Shown one piece after another: positions 54,782-64,000 of a DNA stretch of 64,000 nucleotides. A program made the position numbers and the translations under genes. Origin of the DNA: Eledone cirrhosa (lineage: Eukaryota). Under the pieces are notes generated by a model, which was not told the DNA's origin, did not search any database, and saw only the letters and a list, made by a program, of their open reading frames with translations. How positions within the stretch are numbered: position 1 is the stretch's first letter; each line of letters opens with the position of its first letter. Location: NCBI GenBank assembly GCA_964016885.1, contig OZ024743.1, positions 90,148,001-90,212,000 on the forward strand, in the 5' to 3' direction.

Positions 54782-55052
54782 CCACACTCTACTCTGTTGA
54801 ATATTGAGTGCTAATTTTGGCATACCGCCTATGGAAGCACCATAGCTACCATTATACACAAGTATATATATATATATATATGAGTATGTGTATAGAACAA
54901 TGAAAACACAACAGAAGTCAGTGATAGGTAGTTAATTAGTTCATTGTTTTACACTCGTTTCAGAAGGTCGATTGATCGTGGAAGAGTGATATATCGGCTA
55001 GCATTGAGTTCTAACAATGTTATTGGCTCCACCACAAACATATAAAAACCTT

Positions 55053-55091
<39 letters not shown>

Positions 55092-55240
55092 TCAATACTT
55101 AGGGTAGTAGAGTGGGTAATAGGAAAAGAGTCAGGACCCCAACAGCTGAGCTCCAACTGTTGGCTTAGTTCGGATCTAGCTATTGAAACGCCTAGAGCTC
55201 AGCCGTCGGGGTCCTGACTCTTTTCCTATATATATATATA

Positions 55241-58200
55241 TCATCATCATCATCTTCGTTTAACATCCATCTTCCATGCTAGCATGGGTTACACGGGAGT
55301 TGTCCCACTTGAGGCAAGGCTGGTCGGGTGACCGTGTCTCGCTCATATACGACTATCTGGCAGGTTTTCTACGGCTGGATGCCCTTCCTAACACCAACCA
55401 CATTTATAGTGTGGAACTGGGAACTTTTTACTGTGTTACCTACACGACCACACTGCAGCGTGGACTGAGTTTTTTTGTTTTTTTTTGTGTCATAACACCT
55501 ACACGATCTCGATCTCATTATCTCATTTATTTGGACTGGCTGTTGTGATACCAACTTTACAGAGAGAGGGTGGTGTTGGTGGGAGTGGGAGGATAGGGTA
55601 GGAGTAGTGGATTGGGGTGTATATTTGGTTAAGAGGTGCCTGCTGACTGTAGGTTTCACTTTGTACTTAGGCAAGGCGGGTCTTCTGTATTACTGCGTAG
55701 CACCAAAGATCTCGGTCCAGTGACATTGTCTTAGAGAGATGTAAGCGTGTAAAGTCGGAATTTATCAAATCGTCCCAGGGTTTTCTGGGTCTACCTACTC
55801 TGTAACTTCCATCAATTTTGATCGCCCTGCACTTTTTTATACAGCTGTCGTCTTTCATGCGCATCACGTGACCATACCAATGTAGTCTTCTCTCAAGTAA
55901 ATAGCATCTGATCCCTCTTATTCCTAATTTCTCACTTAGTTCATTTATACTTTGCCATTCAAGTATATTACTATTACACATCCAACGGTGCATGCATGCT
56001 TTGTTCCTTTCCAGTCTGCGCAGGTCCTCTGCATGCAATGCCCATGTCTCACTGCCATGTAGCATTGCTGTTCATATACAGGCATCATACAATCTACCTA
56101 TCATTTTTAGAGAGAAACCTTTTGTGGCCAACAGCGGTATAAGCTCTCTGAACTTTTTCCATCCTGTTCTGACTCTAGCTACTGTACTTTCAGAGCACCA
56201 TCCATCACTGCTGATTTTGTCACCCAGGTAACGGAAAGTGTCCACTATTTCTATAAAACCATCTGGGCAATAAAAGGAGCTAGTATCCTGTGGGCACTTG
56301 CTACTTATTGCACCTGAGCATCAGCCACATATAAAATCTACGTTCTTAGATAGTTTACCTGTGATCCCACTACATCTTTTATGTACCCATAGTCTGCATT
56401 TGGGACATAAAATGGAATTTCTGCCTACTCCTTTCCTATACACTGAGCATGGCCATTTCTCTGAGAGCACCTGTACCCTATTTTCCTTTCTACAAACTAG
56501 AACTTTAGTCTTAGACAAGTTAACTTTAAGGCCTTTTGATTCTAGGCCATGCTTACATGTTTGGAATTTCTTCTCTAGTTCAGCCATAGATTCAGCTATG
56601 AGAATTGCCTGAAGGGCAATAATAAATAGGAGGGGGCTAAGGACAGAGCCTTGATGAACACCAACTTTTACACTAAATTCTTCACAATATTCATTGTTAA
56701 TTCTAACCTTACTGACTGTTTCTTTATACATAGCTTGTATAGCTCTCACAAGCCATTCATCTACACCTAGTTTTCTAAGAGCCCACCAGATAATGGAGCA
56801 GGGGACTCTGTCAAAGGCTTTCTCCAGGTCTACAAAATCTAAGTAGAGGGGTTTACTTTTAGCTTGGTACTTCTCCTGTAGTTGCCGTAGAAGGAAAAGA
56901 GCATCTGTGGTACTTTTACCTGACACAAACCCAAACTGCATTTCATCGAGATCAATTCACTCTCTGATTAGTTGCGCTATAACTCTTTCTGTGACCTTCA
57001 TGACCTGGTCAACTAACTTAATGCCTCTATAGTTTCTTCTATCTAGAGCATCCCCTTTACTCTTGTAGCAGTTAATGATGATGCTGCAATGCCAGTCTTT
57101 TGGTATGACCCCATTCTGTATTACTTGGTTTACTATACAGGTGACCATAGTATGTCCCACCATTCCAGATGCCTTCAACATTTCAGCAACTATCTCCGAA
57201 GACCCGGCTGCCTTGCCTGTCTTCATATCTTTGATTGCCTTACTTATTATACTACCTTTAATTTGCACCGCTGGGGCAGACTATCTTTTTCCCATTTATT
57301 CTCCTCATTTAATAGTCTCTCGTAGTGACACTGCCAGGCTATCTTCTTATCAGCATCAGTGAGGGCAAGTATACTGTTATCATTATGGACACACTTCTCC
57401 CCAACAATATCACGGTTTTCCTTGACACATTGTCTAGCAATCCTGAACACCTCACGTTTTTGGTCCTCACGTTATAAAACATGCTTGAACTTTCTATCCT
57501 CTGCTTCCTTTTTTGCAAGGTACACTTGTCTCCTAGCTTCTCTCCTGGTTACTTGATAGTGCTCTCTACTTCCCCCATCCTGCCATACTTTCCAAGCCTG
57601 CTTTTTGGCCTTGATTGTCTCTTCTACCTTATTGTTCTACCACCAAGTTACTCTCTTCCTGCCAATAGGTCTGCTCCAGCCACAGATTTCATCCATTGCT
57701 TTCAGCAGGTTCACTTTCAAGAATTGCCACTGTTTCTCTATATCGCACGTCTCTAATTGCTCTTCCTTATTGTAAAAGCCATCAAGTAATAAGCTTTTAA
57801 ATTTGTCACTGGCTATGGGGTCCTTCAACTTCCATATTCTTCTCCTCAAGGTAGGCCTCCTTTGTCGTCGAGTACATCTATTCCTGACTATGAGGTCACT
57901 AACTACTAGGCTATGTTGGTAGGTGCATTCTTCACGGGGGAAGACAAACACTTTGTCCCGTCTTCTAGTAAGGATATAATCTATCTGGCTGGCGTGTTCC
58001 CCTGATCTATAGGTGATCAAGTGGTTTTCTCGTTTTTTGAAGTTTGTGTTACAGATAGTTAGGTTATTAGTGTCACAGAATTCCAGGATTCTGAAGCCTT
58101 CCTCATTTCTATTTCCAAACCCATAGCCTCCATGGATTCCATCATAGCCATCACTATGCTGTCCAACGTGTCCGTTTAGGTCGCCAGCAATAATTAAGTT

Positions 58201-58830
58201 GTCGCTGTCGGTTATTTGGGAGGTAGTGTGCATTAGCGTCTTATAGAACCTGTCCTTTACAACGTCAGGTAGACCAGATTGGGGTTCATAAGCGGATATT
58301 ATTGTCACAGTAGTTCTATTTAGAACTAGTCTTATTTTAATTATTCTGTCATTCACTCTATTTACGTCAATTACCTTATCTACCCATTTTTCAGCTAACA
58401 TAATTCCTACACCACCCAGTCCATTGTCATTTCCCACTCAGAAAAGTTAATAGCATCGTTTTTTAACCACAATGAATCTGGCAGACCCCCTCTCCACCTA
58501 GTCTCTTGAACACAACAAAGATCAACTTCTTTACGTTCAAGCATCTCTACAACCTCATTTGAGCGACCTTTCAATGTGCTTATGTTCATGGTACCAACTG
58601 TGAAGTTGGGAGGGTGAGATGGATGGGTTGGAGGGGCAGGGTGGGGTATGGGAGATAGAATTATGTTGGTCATCCGTGTCTGAAATAAAGAGGGGTCCTT
58701 GTATTCTCGTCCTGCGGCGGGAGGTGAATTTATCTTTATCTGTGACATTGTCATTGAATGTTCAGACTTTCCAAATTCCGCAGTCCACCTAGCAAACCGA
58801 AAATCAACCAGGTCTAAACTTAAGGAGTTC
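55241..58830 (-). mobile_element. Degraded RTE-clade LINE (APE + RT), near full length
   Basis: VGTMNISTLKGR..CCVQETRW, GDLNGHVG, QIDYIL, YRGIKL, QFGF, FVDLEKAFDRV, GVHQGSVLSPLLF, RRLHWYGHVMR; multiple frameshifts; (GAT)n 3' tail. Confidence 0.92.
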
Positions 58831-58988
58831 ACTTGTAGTTCGTATTGTATAATAATTCAATTTTATAATTTTACAATTTTATCATTTTGCTCGGTAGATG
58901 GTTTTTCTTTCTACATAGCAAAATTATAAAATTATAAAATTGTAAAATTATAAAATTGAATTATTATAGAATACCAACTACAAGTGAA
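58828..58988. repeat. Imperfect inverted repeat abutting the RTE 5' end
   Basis: TTCACTTGTAGTT...TATAATAATTCAATTTTATAATTTTACAA / reverse complement. Confidence 0.85.
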
Positions 58989-59126
58989 GTCATTCTTTTC
59001 CCTTTTTCAAATATATATATGTGTGTGTGTGTGTGTGTGGTAGTGGGGGGGGGGGGCAGAAAGGATATACAGAAGATGGCAAGACAATAACAGCAACAAC
59101 AACAACAATTCTATGAATGTACTTAC

Positions 59127-59180
59127 TGTTCAATGGTAGATGTTTCATTATAAGCACCACTACTGTTATTTAGGCCAACA
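59127..59180 (-). CDS. ANO: Anoctamin exon (extracellular loop): VGLNNSSGAYNETSTIE(Q), 54 nt
   Basis: ttttatttccag acceptor, GTAAGT donor; phase 2-2 joins 52428-52522 in frame; N-glycosylation sequons. Confidence 0.72.
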
Positions 59181-59246
59181 CTGGAAATAAAAATTATTCT
59201 TAATTAGATAAAAATTAATTAGACAGCTATTTAGAATTCAACTTAA

Positions 59247-59432
59247 CCCTTTAGCATTTAAACTGGTCATATCCAGTCAGAATTCTCTCACCTATTTCTG
59301 TTCAAACTGGCTGTAACTGGCCACTCATACTGACATTAAGGTATTATTCTCAAAATAAATAATATCAAAATCTTATATATTCAATATTATGTGAGATAAT
59401 TGTATATATAGAGTAATGTAAATGCTAAAGGG
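59247..59432. mobile_element. piggyBac-like MITE
   Basis: TTAA|CCCTTTAGCATTTA ... TAAATGCTAAAGGG|TTAA: 14-bp TIRs with TTAA TSD. Confidence 0.82.
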
Positions 59433-59816
59433 TTAAACATCTTATTTATTTGTTCTTCTTCTATGATTCTATTCACTCAAATTCACATTTTAAAAAAAAT
59501 TATTTTTCTTAATATATAAAAAAATTATTACATGAAACATCAGGCTGCTACTTTTGGGGAAAAGCAAAACATCAACATTGTTACTGATATTGTCTTAATG
59601 GGGAACATGTTTAAGATCTGAGTATCTGAGCTCTTTCAAACACTGTCACAATAAAAAAAATATTACATTACTCATGAAAAAATAGAGGTGAGTATACTGA
59701 CATTTTGTGGTCTATCATACATAGACAGAGTCCAGTCATACGATAATAGTTCAAAACAGTGACATTTATGTTTGACTGAGAAATAACATATCATAAACCA
59801 CACCTCACCAACAATG

Positions 59817-60805
59817 ATTTCTTTATCCACCACAAAGGGTTCACATTAAGAAAACATAAGGATGGGACAGAGCGAAAACATAGAGTATGTGTATGTGTAT
59901 GTGTGTTGGTGTGTGGGTTTTGCATGTAAATATGTTTAAATAATAGTAAAAAGAAAGGTAACAATAATAAATTTTAACAGTGAGAATTCCTCAATAGCAA
60001 GATGTTTGAGGGCTGCTCATAGAAAAAAAATCCCTAAAACCATGGGTGCCCTGATCTCTAGGGCAAGTGCTCTGACTCAGTTGTCCTCTTCCAATCCACA
60101 CGTATACACTCAGTGTGGGTTCATTCACTCTGGCCATGCCCACCTCTCTCACCCACCTTTCAACAAACTGCTTCGAATGCAGCACTTCCCTCTCTTTCTT
60201 GATTTTCCTCTTCAAGTGAAATCTGAAAAAGTTAATCAGGGCTTCACTGAAGAGGAAAGTGCTTGTCTTCAACCCTTTCAGACATGTCCACCATACGACC
60301 TCTTTCACCATAGCCACCAGACAGATAAAAACAGCCTGCCCTTCTTGACTAAAGGAAGGCTGCAGGCAATCTTCACAATGGACTCAGCTGATAGCTAGAT
60401 TCATCCTACATGTGACAGCAAGTGATTGACATAAACCCACAAGTCAGCAATGCTCAGACACTCAAAGATTGCATGGAAGATGGTTTTGTTGCCCTGTGCA
60501 CATTTCAGACAGACCTAGCTGATGGCACTTCCATGCCTGAAGAGTTTATCCCAAACTGGCAAAGCTCCCCAGTAGCACTGCCAGACAAGCGATTTCTGGA
60601 AATTATCCATGGACTCTGGACCAAAAGTCCTCCCAAAAAGAGTGGCTAGTTGATTTTCGTCAATGTCCAGAAATTTCCCTAAGAATGTTGTCACTTTTTT
60701 CTGCCACTAACCCTTTATACAATGCCAAGCACTCCCTCTCGGTCACATCTTGACCCAGGACTACAGCTCTAACAAGGAGATGAGCTGCGGAAACATGTGT
60801 CTAGA
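59817..60805 (-). mobile_element. Old 5'-truncated Tx1 relative (ORF2 C-terminus + 3' UTR)
   Basis: AMVKEVVWWTCLKGLK...EREVLHSKQFVERWV...MARVN aligns to the C-terminus of ORF2 at 20858-24295; similar 3' end CCCTTTGTGGTGGATAAAGAAAT. Confidence 0.88.
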
Positions 60806-60889
60806 GAACAACAATAATGAAGAGAAAGGCAGATATAATGTCAACTTAAAAACACAGGATTATTATTATTATTATTATTATTCTAATCT

Positions 60890-61083
60890 ATTGACCCCGT
60901 AAGGCAAAGCTAACTTTGGCGGGATTTGAACTTTATGTTCTGAGTTCAAATCCTGCTGAGGTTAGCTTTGCCTTTCATCCTTACGAGGTCGATGAAATAA
61001 AGCACCAGTAATGCACTGGGGTCAATTTAATCGACTTTCCCCTCCCTCAAAATTGCTGGCCTTGTGCCTAGAGTAGAAATCAT
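60890..61083. mobile_element. SINE family 1: inverted fragment (60890-60932, -) fused to a forward long-variant copy (60933-61083, +)
   Basis: GACCCCGTAAGGCAAAGCTAACTTTGGCGGGATTTGAAC followed by GTTCTGAGTTCAAATCCTGCTGAGGTTAGCTTTGCC. Confidence 0.75.
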
Positions 61084-61745
61084 TATTATTATTGTTATTC
61101 ATACTTTTAATAATTGGCACAGAAATATAAGGAAATAAAAATTTTCAAAGACAAACATTTTTAAAGAAATATTTTTGTCCAATTTAAAAATAAAAGAAAC
61201 ATGGAAAAAACACAGAAGTAGAACATGCCATAATGCAGAGAGAAAGGGAGTAGAATCTTTATCTCAATAATAATCTAAAAGTATTTCCATTGTGAAATTA
61301 AAATAGCATTCTTATTCTACACATTGCAAATATAGTGAGGAGGAGATGAAGACAAAACAGTAAGCATTTCATGGTCATTTTCCCTGCAAAACCAGGGGTT
61401 AAACTCACACACCCCATGATAAATATCACCATTTTACCCTATAATCTACATCCTTCATCACCAAGCCCCTGTCTTCCAATACCTCCTCCATCACATTCAG
61501 TCATATCTTTCTTGATCTTCTCCTTCCTCTACTTTCTTCCACATTCATTCTCATCATTCTTCTCACCCAGTCACTTTCATCCTTCCTCAGCACATGACTC
61601 AACCATCTCATTTCATTTCTTTCACCACATTCATTACTGGCTCTATTCTCATCACTCCTCACCCCTAATCACTTTCCTTCTTGAATGTTGTGAAAAACAA
61701 ACAGTACAAGGAAGAAATATATTAGTTTAACACTTTAAAAAAGTG

Positions 61746-61781
61746 TCTTAATGTTTCAGACACTAGTCCTTCATCAGAAGA
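61746..61781 (-). ncRNA. Minimal type-I hammerhead motif (family A)
   Basis: Reverse complement: tctt-CTGATGA-a-ggac tagt gtct-GAAA-ca-TT-aaga. Confidence 0.62.
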
Positions 61782-62260
61782 TAGAGTTAGAAATAGAAGA
61801 TGAATAGAAAGCAAAGAGTGATAAGAGGAGGGAACGGGGAAAATGAGGGAAAAAAGGAGAAAAAAAACACACGTGCATATTCAGTTGGCCCTATTCAAAA
61901 TAGTGGGTGCATAGAACAAAGACAATGGAAAAAAACAACAGAAAGATAGATAGTCCCATCTCAGTCAATCTCTGGAAATCACTATGGTTTCTGTACATTA
62001 AGGTCGATACCATTTGTTCCAGTGCACATTGGGACATAACAAAACAGTTAAAATATAAGTTATGCCTTTAGGCAAATTACACAAATAGAGAATGTGCAAG
62101 GAGAAAAAAGTATAGAAAGGAGCGAAATAGTAAAAGAAGAGAATAATAAGAACTGTAGTTCAGCGTGCAGATAAAGAAGAAGGACACTGGGGCATAGAAA
62201 ATGTAGGAAGAGAGATTAGAGGAAAACAGGCCAGGCAATTATATATATATATATATATAT

Positions 62261-62303
<43 letters not shown>

Positions 62304-62715
62304 AGTAGTGATCAGATTTTGTTAGGGGAAGACTTTATCAATATGCAATGGTTTTAGACTCGACAAGTGAATGTTTCATCCTAGAGTTTCCATGGTGATT
62401 AACTGTGGGTACATTGAAGGTAAGTCCAGGAGTATTTATATATAATATAATAAGTAACATGAATATAACAACTTCACAGTTAGAGGATCAACATTTATTC
62501 TATAAATGACACGTGTTTTGCCAACTATATATATATATATCATCTTTATCCTCATCATCATTTTTGCATCCACTTTTCCATGTTGGTACGGGTTGAACAG
62601 GATATTTTGAAACAATGTTTTACAACTGGATATCCTTCCAGATGCCAACCCTTTCAGTCACCTCATACAACACACAGGGATATGGTGTATCTATTCTAAA
62701 AACAAGGATACAAAC

Positions 62716-62794
<79 letters not shown>

Positions 62795-62850
62795 TGTGTA
62801 TATTGATTCAGGAACTCAAAATAGTTTCTTACATATATCATCATCATCAT

Positions 62851-62900
<50 letters not shown>

Positions 62901-62989
62901 CAATAACAGGAGGCTGGACTGGTGTAAATCCTTGAAAGGTTTATTATACTATGATCATTTCAATGACCGGGTTCCATATGAATCCGGTG

Positions 62990-63145
62990 GTAGTGCAGTT
63001 CACCCGTCTTCGTTTGTGTAGTTGGTGGTGCGAATACGGAGTTAATTATAAATAAAAATAGAAAAGCCTCCTGTTATTTTTATTTATAATTAACTCCGTA
63101 TTCGCACCACCAACTACACAAACGAAGACGGGTGAACTGCACTAC
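62990..63145. repeat. Inverted repeat with ~71-nt arms and a 14-nt loop
   Basis: GTAGTGCAGTTCACCCGTCTTCGTTTG... / ...CAAACGAAGACGGGTGAACTGCACTAC. Confidence 0.93.
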
Positions 63146-63227
63146 GTTGAGTACTCTCCACAATATTACACCAAGATTGACCATACAGAATGACCAAATC
63201 TATCCAGTGGTGAACCAACAAACCTAA

Positions 63228-63268
<41 letters not shown>

Positions 63269-63684
63269 ATGCTAGCATGGAAGATAGACGTTAAACGATA
63301 ATGATGATGATGATATATATAAATCAAGATGGATACAATAAGAAACTGGTTAGACCATTACTCACCAGAGTACTCGATACTTGGGGTAGTAGAGTATGGT
63401 TACATGAAAGAGTTAGGACCCTGACTGCTGAGCTCTTGCTGTTTCAACAGAGCTCGTTCCAGTCTGGAAGAGCTCAGCCATTGGGGTCCCGACCCTTTCA
63501 TATATAAATATATATGTATACACAGACATACATATATATATAAATATAGAGTGATCATTTAATATATATTTATCTAAAACAGATAAAGGTAGGAAAAATA
63601 ACACAACATGCAATGAAAAGTAAAGAGAGAACAACAAACATCACTAAATTCTAATTTTCATGAACCTGAAAGAAACTTACTTAC

Positions 63685-63705
63685 CAGTTTTCATTCTGAA
63701 AACAC
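63685..63705 (-). CDS. ANO: Candidate 21-nt anoctamin microexon: CFQNEN(C)
   Basis: ctaatttttgtccatcag acceptor, GTAAGT donor; phase 2-2 compatible with 59127-59180. Confidence 0.55.
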
Positions 63706-63749
63706 CTGATGGACAAAAATTAGTTTGAGTATTAAACCTATTTTACCAC

Positions 63750-63884
63750 AATGTAGTACCTACATCTGTTATAAAATAGTATCTCTAAGTATTGTCTACA
63801 TTTACTATAAAGTAGTACCTACATTTGTTATAAAGTAGTACCTACATTTACTATAAAGTAGTAGCTCTACATTTGTTATAAAAT
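63750..63884. repeat. ~23-bp degenerate tandem repeat (AAGTAGTACCTACATTTRYTATA)
   Basis: Direct reading. Confidence 0.7.
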
Positions 63885-63885
63885 A

Positions 63886-64000
63886 ATTGTTTCTACTTTA
63901 GGCACAAGGCCAGCAATTACCCAGTACATTACTGGTACTTTATTTTATCGACCCCGTAAGGATGAAAGGCAAAGTTAACCTCGGCGGGATTTGAACTCAG
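63886..64000 (-). mobile_element. SINE family 1 copy, cut by the window end
   Basis: Reverse complement of the family consensus. Confidence 0.85.

Overview
Eukaryotic, AT-rich, microsatellite-dense DNA. The SINE families and TA-repeat load suggest an octopus or other cephalopod (inference). The window lies within a minus-strand anoctamin (ANO/TMEM16) gene: seven well-supported internal exons were read by hand between 28809 and 59180, plus candidate 12-nt and 21-nt microexons. The introns hold: (i) an 8.7-kb array of a 55-bp unit that aligns to a tRNA-derived SINE head; (ii) two near-identical head-to-tail Tx1/L1-clade non-LTR retrotransposons inside a TCTG/TCTCTCAG microsatellite, one with intact ORF1 and ORF2, sharing the same 5' junction; (iii) two Penelope-like elements (RT + GIY-YIG) and many short (TA)n-embedded modules carrying type-I hammerhead ribozyme cores, several as long palindromes or tandem multimers; (iv) a degraded RTE LINE, a CR1-like tail, an old Tx1 relic, about a dozen tRNA-SINE copies, a non-autonomous Helitron, and Tc1/mariner-like and piggyBac-like MITEs. 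Most long ORFs in the supplied track (poly-SL, poly-IY) are microsatellite artefacts.
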